DNA of 38,013 nucleotides from Octopus bimaculoides (GCF_001194135.2 NC_068984.1:132088562-132126574); one strand, 5' to 3'; counted from the stretch's first letter, positions 10,261 through 22,815 are shown. Notes: generated by a model not told the origin, from the letters alone. Numbers and translations: made by a program.

Positions 10261-10917
10261 TATACTTATAAAGTGTTTCGCTTAATTTTCAGTGTAAATG
10301 CACAGCTTTTGGTTCCTTACTTCTCCGATAGCTCTAGGTGTTGTGTATTCACTGGTTGTTACTACATAATTTGGCCCTCTACACTGCGATGTAGCACAGA
10401 AAATCAGGCGGCCGGGATAGTCATTCTAGCATTACCACAACCCAAATTTTCACAATAAGCTAAGGTCAAACCAAAATATTTTAAAATGTTACAAGATTAC
10501 AGCGTTAATGATGAATAATAATAGCAAATTTGTTTATCGGACATTTTAAAAAATCAGAGCGTATGGGTGAAGAAAATATAAGTCGATTCATCCATGTGGA
10601 AACAAATATGGCTTACAATGTTTCGGTGAAGTTTGATTCCAACTAATGATAAATTATTGTAATTCTATCATTATTTTTTAGGAAACAATATAGAATAGGT
10701 AATAAAGAAAAAAATCCCTAATTATATATAAATCAGAAATATGTGACAGTAAATTGTACTTTAATGTATGATTATGATGATATAGGGGTGGTGGCGAGAT
10801 GATTGACATAAAAATATAAAATTGATGTTCATTTCAGATGAACCGTTAATTTTAAACACACACACACACACACACACACATGCATGCACGCTCGCGCGCT
10901 CACACACAGACGCACAT

Positions 10918-10948
<31 letters not shown>

Positions 10949-11467
10949 TTATTTTCAGTACATTATCTGCTGTGTATATTTCAGTTATGCAGATATGAAT
11001 GTATATATGCATGTAGGAAAGCATGTATGTATGTTAACATATGTANNNNNNNNNNATATATATATACATATATACATATATACATATATACATATATACA
11101 TATATCTATATATGTATATATGTATATATGTATATCTTATATATGTAAACATATATGTATGTATAGGGGTATCTATATAATGTATATATATATATGTGTG
11201 TGTATCTATAAATATATGAGTGTTTGTAAAGAATGTATGCCAGTATTTCTACGCATGTATGCATATATGTTGTCATTAGCGACAACAGATACAATTTATG
11301 AAGACAGGAATTACGCACAGACATTATGTATATTATCTTTAATGTAGAGAAATTGATTTCTTTGTACGAATATCTATCTTTCGATTATAGTGACCTACTT
11401 TTTGCTCCTTCGCTGTTTATCGACTCCAAGGATATTCTCATCGACCCCTAGGGGCCGTTATCGACTG

Positions 11468-11482
11468 CTTTGAGAACCTCTG
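11468..11482. mobile_element. solo hAT-Charlie-like terminal repeat
   Basis: CTTTGAGAACCTCTG (reverse complement CAGAGGTTCTCAAAG) resembles the TIRs at 17798 and 26255. No partner end found. Confidence 0.35.
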
Positions 11483-11603
11483 GCTTAAATGATAGATCAA
11501 AACTTACTTTTAGTTCTTTGCAAGCTGATTTAATTCATATAACGTTTTTTGCTTTTCACAGAAAAATATATTTTTTTACAGGTGAAAAGTACGCCTTTTG
11601 GTC

Positions 11604-11648
<45 letters not shown>

Positions 11649-11989
11649 CATGTGTATATCTGCAGACATATTTCTAACATGAGTTATGTGTGCACGTATA
11701 TTGTAAAATGTACATTGTAATTTTGAGAGAAGGGGTAATACAGAAAGCAAACGTTGAAAAGAAAGGAAATAGGAATTGGTTGAGAAGGGAACAGAGGGTG
11801 AATGATTGTTATTACAAAGACAGAAGGGAGGAAAAGGGGGAGGGGGAAGAGATAGTGGGGAGGAGGAGAGGGAAGAAGAAGAAGAAGAAGAAGAAGAAAG
11901 TGCTCAGTGATAGTACAAAAGAAAGAAAAATTTACACGGGAATATTTAAGAGAGAAAAGAGGAAGAAAGGGAGAAAGAAAGAACGAAAG

Positions 11990-11993
11990 ATAA

Positions 11994-12059
<66 letters not shown>

Positions 12060-12117
12060 GAATAGAAAGATAGATAGATAAATAAATAGATAGATAGATG
12101 GATATATATATATATAT

Positions 12118-12151
<34 letters not shown>

Positions 12152-12190
12152 TGATTGATAGATAGACAGACAGACAGATAGATAGAGTGA
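11990..12190. repeat. (GATA)n/(TA)n compound microsatellite
   Basis: Direct reading. Similar (GATA)n at 15320-15408 and (TATC)n at 23541-23584. Confidence 0.95.
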
Positions 12191-12307
12191 GAGAGAAACA
12201 GGCAAGGCTATAAAGGGATAGAGGAATGGATAGTGAGGGGTAAATGTGTATGTGTGTGTGTGTGTATATACATACCCACATACATAGATTTGTATATGCA
12301 CACACAC

Positions 12308-12349
<42 letters not shown>

Positions 12350-12376
12350 GTGTGTGTGTGTGTGTGTGTGTGTATT

Positions 12377-12409
<33 letters not shown>

Positions 12410-12583
12410 GCCAGGGAAAAAAGCGGATTGTCTGGAATGTGAAGACTGCCATACATTTGTGGATGTAACAGTGTACTTCTATACAAAGTATGTTTGTGTA
12501 TTTAGGTTTATAGATATGGAGATGTGTGTCTTCTGTAGGTGTGCGTAGGTGGAAGATCAAATATCTAGCATGGATACCTGATG

Positions 12584-12637
<54 letters not shown>

Positions 12638-12735
12638 ATAGAAACTATTGCATGTCTACTTAATGTGGCGATATTTATGAGGATCTGTATGTTTATATGT
12701 CTAAGTCTGTTTACCTTTATGTAAGTATGTACAGT

Positions 12736-13117
12736 GGAGGCGCAATGGCCCAGTGGTTAGAGCAGCGGACTTGAGGTCGTAGGATCGCGGTTTCGATTCC
12801 CAGACTGGGCATTGTGAGTGTTTGTTGAGCGAAAACACCAAAAGTTCCATGAGGTTCCGGCAGGGGATGGTGGCGAACCCTGCTGTATTCTTTCACCACA
12901 ACTTTCTCTCACTCTTTCTTCCTCTTTCTGTTGTACCTGTATTTCAAAGGGCCAGCCTTGTCAGACTCTGTGTCACGCTGAATCTCCCCGAGAACTACGT
13001 TAAGGGTACACGTGTCTGTGGAGTGCTCAGCCACTTGCACGTTAATTTCACGAGCAGGCTGTTCCGTTGATCGGATCAACTGGAACCCTCGTCGTCGTAA
13101 CCGATGGAGTACCAACG
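12736..13117 (+). mobile_element. SINE family B, full length
   Basis: tRNA-like head with GGTTTCGATTCC B box. Imperfect TSD AAGTATGT(A/G)CA at 12723-12733 and 13118-13128. Confidence 0.95.
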
Positions 13118-13529
13118 AAGTATGTGCATCATTTCATGTTAACGCTTACAGATTGTTGATCTACGATGAGTTCCTTATGTTGAAGCCCTCTGGAGAAAAT
13201 GAAACCGAGATCAAGAGTTTCGGGTCAGATTGTTTCATCAGTGTGTGTTTCGCTAGGGATCTCTCTCTTTCTCCCTTCCCCCTCTCTTCCCCTTTCTCTG
13301 TCTCCCCCCCCCCCTCACACTCACTTTTCTCATTCACTATTCATCAACTCTCGTGCATCTCAGAGTCCGGTTATCCCCTTCGTTCTTTGTTCTGTAGACA
13401 AAAGGTCTCCGACCATCGGGCCTCGGTCCAGTACCGGCCTGTTGATCATTTGATACCTGGCCCCACAGAGAGAATACGTTTTTAAAATTTTACTTCTGTT
13501 TTATTGACTATCGCAGTCTTCAGAGTGTC

Positions 13530-13952
13530 CCGTAAATCCTCGAGTATAGTCCGCCCTTGAGTATAATATGCAGGGAATTTTTAGGGGGCTGTACTGCTGA
13601 AAAACCTACATCTTGTGTATAATACGCACCCCTTCTCTAACTTGAGTCAAGGAGGTCTATATAACGTCCTTGGTTTGTAAACATATATACGGTAACGTCC
13701 TTTATTATTATTATATATATTACAATGCAAACATGTAGCTTTTTTGTGCACTTTGTTGGCAGAAAATAAAGAAATAACAGTAATAACGTCAGTGAAAAAT
13801 AAATATTAAGTAAATTTCCTTTACATATTTATCACTTAGAAAATTTTGCTTAGAAAATATTTTTCATTTTTAACCTCGTATATAGTATGCACTAGGGATT
13901 TTGACCTTTAAATTTTAGGGAAAAAATGCGGATTATACTCGAGGATTTACGG
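13530..13952. mobile_element. Tc1/mariner-superfamily (Tc2/pogo-like) MITE, 423 bp
   Basis: TIRs CCGTAAATCCTCGAGTATAGTCCGC / GCGGATTATACTCGAGGATTTACGG (24 of 25). TA follows the right end and TC precedes the left end. Subterminal repeats of the form GTATAATA(T/C)GCA. Confidence 0.9.
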
Positions 13953-13992
13953 TATTTGCAATATAATTGCAATATATGTGCATTATATAAAC

Positions 13993-14168
13993 TGGCTCTC
14001 CGTCGGTAACGGTGACAAGTGCTCCAGTTGATTCGATCAATGGAACAGCCTGCTCGTAAAATTAACGCGCAAGTGGTTGAGCACTTCATAGACTTGCGTA
14101 AACTTAACTTAGTTCTCAGGGAGATTCAGCATTGCACAGAATGTGACAAGGCTGACCCTTTGAAATAT
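13993..14168 (-). mobile_element. SINE family B-type 3' tail fragment
   Basis: Reverse complement of about 12935-13112. Confidence 0.85.
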
Positions 14169-14367
14169 CACGAGCTAAATACCTTAATCATTGAACTACA
14201 TGGTTTCACATGCGTGTTATGTATGTAATAATTAAATTATATATATTATGTTTATGTTTTGTAATGTGCGTGATACCCCTGTTCGAGGAAAAATTATCTT
14301 GTATGAAATCAGTGCCAGGTGCAAAAAAGATTGGGGGCCGCTGCTCTCGACAAATGACTTTCCCATA

Positions 14368-14466
14368 TCTTTTATCTTTTACTTGCTTCAATCATTAGAC
14401 TGCGACCATGCTGGAGCACCGCATTGAAGAGTTTTTAGTCGAACGAATCACCGGTTGTCAAGCAGT

Positions 14467-14516
<50 letters not shown>

Positions 14517-14676
14517 GACGGTCTTCTTTCAGTTTCCTTCTACCAAATCCACTCACAAGACTTCGGTCGGCTCGAAGCTATAGTGGAAGACACTTGCCGA
14601 AGGTACCACATAGTAGGACTGAACTCAGAACGATGTGGTTGGAAAGCAAGCTTCTTACCACATAGCCACGCCTGCA
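14368..14676 (-). mobile_element. SINE family A with internal deletion
   Basis: Tail TCTTTTATCTTTTACTTG, (CA)n, and head ACCACATAGCCACGCCTGCA. Confidence 0.9.
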
Positions 14677-15109
14677 CATATTTATATGTAGATGATGGCC
14701 ACTTCCTTTTCCTGATAATCAATCTGATACAAGCGTCATTCTCATGAAACCTTGACACGTCTTCACGAGATTTCTATGAACAAAGTTTGGTCGTAGATGG
14801 CAGAATCGATAAAGTACCGAATAAGATATAACCGACTTGTAGTATTTGGAGTCATCTCTTAAAATTCCTAGTTCAAATCCCACCGATTCATATTTTAGTT
14901 TTCATAAAAATTAGTAGCTAAAAAAAGGACCAGTAAAGCACTGGCAAATCTATTTGAATGACTATAGCCTTTTCGAAAAACACCCGCTGTCTTCTGTCGA
15001 CATTGCAAATCATTATTTCTGTGAATATAGACTTTAGATGTATGCGCAACAGGGAAATAAGACATCTAAGTCTTATTCAACAAGAAGGTACCTCAGTTGC
15101 TATACGAAC

Positions 15110-15255
15110 AGGCATAGCTCATGGTTGTGTAGTTAAGAAGCACATTTTGCCAATACGTGGCACATTAAGCAAGGGGCTTCTACTAAAGTCCCTGAACGAC
15201 CAATGACTTGTGAGTGAATTTGGTTGCCGGAAATTCTGTGGAGGCCCGTTGTATA
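15110..15255 (+). mobile_element. degenerate SINE family A 5' half
   Basis: GGTTGTGTAGTTAAGAAG...CGTGGCAC...TTGTGAGTGAATTTGG...GGCCCGTTGTATAC followed by microsatellite. Confidence 0.65.
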
Positions 15256-15340
15256 CATACATGCATACATACATACATACGTACGTACATACATACAAAT
15301 ATGTGTGTGTGTATAGAAAGAAAGATAGATAGATAGATAA

Positions 15341-15410
<70 letters not shown>

Positions 15411-15631
15411 TAAATGACTGATAGACAAGTTTTCACATGCATCAACGTGTAATATATGTATGTTTTTTCCTTGAGTTTTATTTCAGTTCTTGAGAGAGTT
15501 CAAGTCGGTCGCTTACAAATCAACAAAGCGTTCTGAGTTAAAAGAGTTTTCGGTGTTTGAAATTATATGGCTGAGTTGGTGTGTATGTATGTATGTATGT
15601 ATGTATGTATGTATGTATGAATGTATGCATA

Positions 15632-15742
15632 TCATTGTCCAGTTTTATTTCAAGATTTCTTGCCAATAGAGAAAGAGCCGGTTTCTAACCTAGATCCAAA
15701 GTTCCTTCATTGGAATTTCAACATCAACGACAGGGTATTTTT
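15632..15742 (+). repeat. 110-bp (TATG)n-embedded element, copy 2
   Basis: Same boundaries as 2345-2454 and flanked by (TATG)n on both sides. Confidence 0.9.
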
Positions 15743-16416
15743 GTACGTATGTATGTATGTATGTATATATGTAATGTATGTATGTATGTATGTATGTATA
15801 GATAACTTCGTATGTTTGTATGCACGTATGTAAAGTATCTACCTTATTTGCCAACGATTAACACGCATTTCTTAAAATACCCTAAAAAATCGCTATTCAA
15901 CTGATTTATAAATCGCTATTCAACTGATTTATAAAAAAACTTATAGTTTCAAACTTAATTCCAATATATAGTTACAACATTGTGTTTACACGTACAGAAT
16001 CATATATTCTTCTCCATTTAAACACGTAAAAGTATTTTATATTCAATACTTAATTCATTTTTACAACAGAATATCCTTGTAAAATTTTGGTGCGTCCTTA
16101 ATGTGACAGTGCGTCTTATATGGCGGCTAACAGAATACATATCTTTCTATGTATGTATGTATGTATGTTCTCTTTATTTTTAATTATTTGAAATCATACT
16201 TTTAGAAGGAGCTGATTTCTAATAAAGATATAAAACTACATCATTGGAAAGGAGATAACAAAGACAATGTTACATTTTGAACCTGAGAAAAGTTCCGCAT
16301 GTTTCTACATGCCTACAGATTGTATTTTTTGTGTACAAATTAGCTGCTTGATTTGTTTTTTTGTTTTTTTTTTTGTAAATCCTACCTCTTCCAGATTGTC
16401 ACTTCGGTATATATTA

Positions 16417-16757
16417 ACAATACGAACTTAACCCTGACTTTAACCATAGTGCTCACCGTAACCGTAACCCTAACCCTAACTCTAACGCTAAAGCTAACCC
16501 GAACCGTAACCCGAACCGTAACCCTGACCATAACCCTAACCATAACCCTAACCATAACCCTAACCATAACTCTTGCCCTACCCGAATCCTAACCCTAATC
16601 CTCAGCCTAGCCTTACACGAACCCAAGCCCTCACCAGTGCCCTTACCATAGCCCTAACCCTAGGCCCAAGCCTAAATCTAGCCGTAACCTTAACCCCAAC
16701 CTTAACCCTAACCCCAATCCCAACCTCAACCTCAACCCCAACCCTAACCCTATCCCT
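16417..16757. repeat. degenerate (TAACCC)n array (TTAGGG on the minus strand)
   Basis: About 340 bp of hexamer variants: TAACCC, TAACCG, TAACCA, GAACCC, CAACCC. Confidence 0.9.
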
Positions 16758-16818
16758 ACATTGCAAATTTCTTGCAGGTTGATGTCGGGTTGGAGCGGTT
16801 GACACATTGTATTTAGAA

Positions 16819-16850
16819 CAGTGGTCTTCAGCCGCGGTCTGTATGGCCCA
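16819..16850. mobile_element. hAT-Charlie-like left end, truncated
   Basis: ATTTAGAA|CAGTGGTCTTCAGCCGCGGTC, with an NTYTAGAN-like target. No right end found. Confidence 0.45.
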
Positions 16851-17797
16851 TATAACATTTTGTTGTTAAAATTTATCGGCAATAAATTGTTTTTGCTTTT
16901 ACAGTTACCAAAATATTTTAACAACTTTTTAAAACAATTCCTAATAATGATTTTTTTAAACATCGAATGGCTTGGAGGGTCCATTCGACTATAATAGGAT
17001 CAAGGCGTTCCATAGGCAACAAAAAACCGGTTGAGGATGGCGGGAAGGTATATGAAGAGATGAATCCTTGTGGTCTACTATTCAGGAAATTGCGAATTAT
17101 AGATTTATTGCATTTATATACTACAACTATACAAATAGACATAACTGCAACGCTCTTGCACTCATTCTATGCACGCTTACACACCAAAATAGCAACATTA
17201 CAATTAGCTCCGAACACTGTGTTGCAATGGACAAAATCTGTAAGTACAAAGGATTGGCCGCTGGCGCGTTCAAGCTGACTTCACTTTATTTGCCGACATT
17301 TTGGCTACAACCGAAAACTACAGACAACGAAGCAGATAGGGCAGGAAAAGGAATACGATATTTCTAGAGTCCAACGCTGCATCATATACAATAAAGCAGT
17401 GTATATTAGGATGTGCAGTTTCACAAAGGTTCCTCAGTGGCGTTGTTAGAGTGCGTATCGCCCGGAGCATCCCTCGAGTTTTCTGCTGTTCCACCACCAC
17501 CATCGGGCCCGAAGCCTATACAAGCTTATACAGTAGACCCAAAAGTACTGTCATCATAATATCATCGCCTGGAGTATATCGGCTTCTCACGCCACCCCCA
17601 TTAGCTGCGGTACTGAGACTTCTTGTCCAGAATGCTGCAAATGGAATCAAACCCGGGATTTCGTGGGAGCAAAGCGAAAATTTTAATCGTTTTTAAGAGG
17701 ACATTCACGAAGCTATGAGTTCCTTGTTTGCGTATAGCCCTTCGTTCGTCCATGTTCGATCAAATACTGCTGGATCTAAGTTAACATTGGGCTAAAC

Positions 17798-18094
17798 CAG
17801 GGGTCTTCAAACTTTTTGAGTTTCGGACCCCCTTATATTTCAGGCTTTACCTTAGGGACCTCCTTATAAACGCTTATGAAATTTATACATAAATATTTGC
17901 TTAAAATAACATATATTTTTACATTTATTTATTTAACAGTATTTAACAAATAGGTTTATTGTCAATTACAAGATATCGATTAAAAAACATATATAAAATC
18001 AAATTGCCCATAAAAAGTATTTGCTGTCAACGGACCCCCTGTCTTGTCCTTGCGGACCCCCTGTAGTCCGTGGACCACAGTTTGAAAACCCCTG
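17798..18094. mobile_element. hAT (Charlie-type) MITE, 297 bp
   Basis: TIR CAGGGGTCTTCAAAC / GTTTGAAAACCCCTG (14 of 15). Perfect 8-bp TSD GGCTAAAC at 17790-17797 and 18095-18102. Confidence 0.95.
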
Positions 18095-18217
18095 GGCTAA
18101 ACAATACTATAACAGCATCACTAGAACTACCAATAGCATCAACACCAGCGCCGTTGCAATAACTAACACTATAACTACGAAACTATCACTGTGACCAACA
18201 GCATCAACGCCACTAAC

Positions 18218-18538
18218 TGGTGCTCCGTCGGTTTCGACGACGAGGGTTCCAGTTGATCCGATCAACGCAACAGCCTGCTCGTGTGATCAACATGCAAGTG
18301 GTTGAGCACTCCACAGACACTCATACCCTTAACGTAGGTCTCAGAGAAGTTCAGCATGACAGAATCTAACAAGGTTGACGCTTTGAAATACAGGTACAAC
18401 TAATTCTTATCAGCTGAATGGACTGGAGCAACGTGAAATAAAGTGTCATGCTCAAGGAAAACATTACGCCGCCGAGAATCGAACTCGGGACCTTACGATT
18501 GTTAGCCGAATACCAGTACCACTAAACCACTCACCTTC
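18218..18538 (-). mobile_element. SINE with D-type head and core and family B-type tail
   Basis: Minus strand: tRNA-like head with GAGTTCGATTC, core CCTTGAGCATGACACTTTATTTCACGTTGCTCCAG (as at 26020-26060), then the tail shared with family B. Confidence 0.85.
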
Positions 18539-19710
18539 ACAACGCCGCTAACACCACCGACTTAACTAGAACTACTTCTAACTACACTATCGTTATTACA
18601 AACACCAACGCTTACCAGAACAACAGTAACAATATCTCCATCGCCACCACCAGCACCATCAACAACAACAATAACAACACAACAAGCTCCTCCCCCACCA
18701 TCACATCACCACTAATCCACAAAAGACAAATGACCTTACCCTATCAATGAAGATAAACCGCCTCTAAATAGATCCTCTTTCATTGACGTCACTGTCTGAT
18801 GAACGTACACTGGCTGGTCGGCTATCTTGGATATCTGGTGTCTCACATATCTACACGCACACACACACACACGCACATGCATACACACATGCACACACAC
18901 GTACGCATGCACACACACACACACACGCTGAAATACATGTAGAATAATGATTATTAAGATCATACGCTGATTCGATGGCCATGTTGAGTATCTGATGTCT
19001 CACCGACACACAGCTACTAATAAATACCCACATATGCACACGCACACACACACGCACACACACACACGCACAAACACACACACACACACACACACATAGA
19101 CACAAGTTCAGCACAGATATACAAATTTGCACAGAGATAGACACACAGATACAACCACCCACACGCGCACGCACACATACACACACCCACGCACACACAC
19201 ACACACACACACATACATATACATTTACACAAATATGTGCGTACATGCATTCACAGACACGATGGCTCTGTTCGTATATAATGAATGACCACTTGGATGG
19301 ATATCTCACACATACACACAAAGGGGGGGGTGGATAGAGGTAGAACGAGAGAGAGACAGACAACAGACAACAGACACACAGATAGAAGAATAGACAGACA
19401 AAAAGACAGAGTAACATGCACGAACGTAATTGTTTACCCAAAGATACCAAGAACGTAACGATAGCTACTGACGGTTGTTTCAACATCACCATATCGATAT
19501 TCGTACTTCGTGGGTTCGCTGAATCATCATCAATTCAAAACGCATTCACATAAGCACACACGCGCGCCGAATAATCTGAAACAAAAATTGTAAACCAGAA
19601 AACCAGATACACTACACGAAGCGATACTCTACCGTAGTTAGAACTCGCAACCAGCCCAAGAACTTAGAACGTAAAAAAATAAAGAGTTAATGAAAACTAA
19701 CATACAAACA

Positions 19711-20084
19711 GGCGCAGGCGTGGCTGTGTGGTAAGAAACTTGCTTCCCAACCACATGGTCCCCGGTTCAGCCCCACTGCGTGGCACCTTGGACAAGTGTC
19801 TTCTATTATAGCCTCGGGCCAACCAAAGCCTTGTGATTTGATTTGGTAGACGGAAACTGAAAGAAAACCATCGTATGTATATGTGTGTGTGTGTGTGTGT
19901 GTTTGTATCTGTCCCCCACTGCTTGACAACTGATGGTGGTGTGTTTACGTCCCCGTAACTTAGAATAAGTACTAGGCTTACAAAAAATAAGTCTTGGGGT
20001 CGATTTGTTCGACTAAAAAAAAACTACTTTCAGGCGGTGCTCCAGCATGGCCGCAGCCAAATAACTGAAACACGTAAAAGAGTA
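19711..20084 (+). mobile_element. SINE family A
   Basis: Head GGCGCAGGCGTGGCTGTGTGGTAAG and tail TAAAAGAGT. Imperfect TSD AAACTAACATACAAACA / AAACAAACATATACACA (14 of 17). Confidence 0.93.
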
Positions 20085-20711
20085 AACAAACATATACACA
20101 CAAACATCTATGTATGTTCTCTGCTACTTTTAATTATTAGGTGTCTGTCTGTAAGGAAGGAACTGGCTTCTAACAAGAATAAATTCTAACAGAGCAGAAA
20201 ATGAAATCCTTATTGCAAGGGATCATAAAATTTCCATTTTAATTAAAGTCCAAATATGTTGCTGGAAAAGGCAAAAGTGTTTTACTAAGGGTCAAGAAAG
20301 GGGGAAAATGTAATGTGGAAATTTTCGCAACAAAAGTTCCATTTGACTTACTCTCCTCATGGGACTGTGCGCAAAGAAGCTAATTTTAAAAGTCTAGTTA
20401 ACAGATCCAGTTAGTTTTGCTCACAAATGTTGAAACTTCGTTTTTTAGCCAACATATCCATAAACAGCAGAAGCGCAGTCGTTGTTATTGGGAAGAGCAA
20501 ACGTTCTTTGTTATATCTGGCTACAATCTGTGAATCCAGCAATACGGAGTGCTGCTTTTAAGCATGGATTGGTTTCCCGCTGTCATTATTTTGTATGTCT
20601 CTTATTAGTGCGTCCATTCGATACTAGCGAAAGAGAAATGGTTTCGCAATTCAGTAAAAGAAGCTCAGCTGCTTCATGTCAATGAATCTGTTACTTAGAC
20701 AATTATGGTTG

Positions 20712-21112
20712 TTACTCTTTTACTCTTTTACTTGTTTCAGTCATTTGACTGCGGCCATGCTGGAGCACCACCTTTAGTCGAGCAAATCGACACCGGGACT
20801 TATTCTTTGTAAGCCTAGTACTTATTCTATCAGTTCTCTTTTGCCGAACCGCTAAGTTACGGGGACATAAACACACCAGCATCGTTTGTCAAGCAATGCT
20901 AGGGGGACAAATACAGACACAAAAACACACATATACATACATATATATACGACGGGCTTCTTTCAGTTTCCGTCTACCAAATCCACTCACAAGGCTTTGG
21001 TCGGCCCGAGGCTATAGTAGAAGACACTTGCCCAAGATGCCACGCAGTGGGACTGAACCCGGAACCATGTGGTTGGTAAGCAAGCTACTTACCACACAAC
21101 CACTCCTGCGCC
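20712..21112 (-). mobile_element. SINE family A, full length
   Basis: Near-identical to 1737-2125. Confidence 0.95.
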
Positions 21113-21334
21113 TAAAGAATATTTAAAGAATATTTTGAAATTAAAGAATGTTTTGAAATTAATTCTAAGAAATTTTATGAGGGTTCACGTTCACTGAAAT
21201 GTATGAAGTGAGAAAAGTTATTTGATAAGATCATCGAAATATTTTAATAGTGAATCCACAAGAGTTTTCTGTTTATCCTTAGTTTTCTGTTAATCTTTAC
21301 TTAATGAAATTACAGCAAAAAAAAAAAAAAAAAG

Positions 21335-21406
21335 TGCCGAGTTGTGGGACTGAACATGAAATCACGTGGTTGCAAAGCAAACTTCTTAACCACACTACCA
21401 CGCCTG
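21335..21406 (-). mobile_element. SINE family A head fragment
   Basis: GTGGGACTGAACATG...CTTCTTAACCACACTACCACGCCTG. Confidence 0.7.
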
Positions 21407-21772
21407 TCGTATATTGTTTTGACTAGTTGTGATGTCGATGTTGTACGTTCTATAGTTGTTGCGTTGTTATGCAACTGTATGTTGTGAGTGCATCGTATTT
21501 TCTGCCGTTGCCGTTGTTATGTTGCAGTTGCTTCTGTCCATGTTATTGATGTGCGTGTTGTGTTTAAGTTGTGTTTGTGTGTGTGTGTGTGTCTCTCACC
21601 CCCTCTCTCTGTATGTGTATGTGTGAGTATCCCCCCTCTCTCTCTTTCTCTTTCTCCCTGTATGTGTATGTCTGTTTATGATTGTATGTATGTTTATGAT
21701 TATGTGCATATGTTAATAATTGTGTGTATGTGTTTATGATTGTGTGTATGTATTTATGATTGTGTGTGTGTG

Positions 21773-21804
<32 letters not shown>

Positions 21805-22286
21805 AGCATCTGTTTGTCATGGTGGACTTGCTTATCTTGTCCTTGTTTGTCATGTTCTGTTGTGCAACGGGAAAGAGTGATACGACCTCAAACATCAGCA
21901 ACAACAACAAACTCACGCCATCTCCAACTTATAATTCACTACAATCGCCATTACAGTTACTATCATCATCATCATCATCATTAACCGTCATCACTTCACT
22001 ACAAGTATCTCCACAACCACCACCATGACCACCACAACAACAACAACAACGAGGACAATAGCACAATCATTGCTACATCAACACTACCACCGTCACATTA
22101 AACCTGCTAACCTCATACCACCACTATTCACACCACCACCGTTACCACCATCACTACCACTATCAACACTACCACCACCACCACCACCACCACCACCACA
22201 ACAACAACAACAACAACAACAACCAATAACCACGCCTCTACAAATATCCCGCAACGCCACCACGTCTTTTGCCGCCACCACCACTT

Positions 22287-22317
<31 letters not shown>

Positions 22318-22322
22318 CAACC

Positions 22323-22815
22323 NNNNNNNNNNNNNNNNNNNNNNNNNNNNNNNNNNNNNNNNNNNNNNNNNNNNNNNNNNNNNNNNNNNNNNNNNNNNNN
22401 NNNNNNNNNNNNNNNNNNNNNNNNNNNNNNNNNNNNNNNNNNNNNNNNNNNNNNNNNNNNNNNNNNNNNNNNNNNNNNNNNNNNNNNNNNNNNNNNNNNN
22501 NNNNNNNNNNNNNNNNNNNNNNNNNNNNNNNNNNNNNNNNNNNNNNNNNNNNNNNNNNNNNNNNNNNNNNNNNNNNNNNNNNNNNNNNNNNNNNNNNNNN
22601 NNNNNNNNNNNNNNNNNNNNNNNNNNNNNNNNNNNNNNNNNNNNNNNNNNNNNNNNNNNNNNNNNNNNNNNNNNNNNNNNNNNNNNNNNNNNNNNNNNNN
22701 NNNNNNNNNNNNNNNNNNNNNNNNNNNNNNNNNNNNNNNNNNNNNNNNNNNNNNNNNNNNNNNNNNNNNNNNNNNNNNNNNNNNNNNNNNNNNNNNNNNN
22801 NNNNNNNNNNNNNNN
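22323..22815. other. assembly gap (others at 3235-3244, 11046-11055, 25699-25881, 27874-28600, 33125-33620, 35349-35358, 35570-36478)
   Basis: Runs of N. Nearly all are bordered by microsatellite or low-complexity sequence. Confidence 1.

Noticed and set aside
13325-13395. Minus-strand exon with strong acceptor (TTTTGTCTACAG) and donor (GTGAGT)
   Set aside because: All three frames contain stops. It could only be non-coding, and there is no other support.
16353-16805. (TL)n, (VR)n and (NP)n ORFs
   Set aside because: Translations of the TAACCC array.
17177-17240. 57-nt exon candidate (minus) or donor GTAAGT (plus)
   Set aside because: CTGTAAGT and ACTTACAG are the same bases read on opposite strands, so the signal is ambiguous and no peptide is recognisable.
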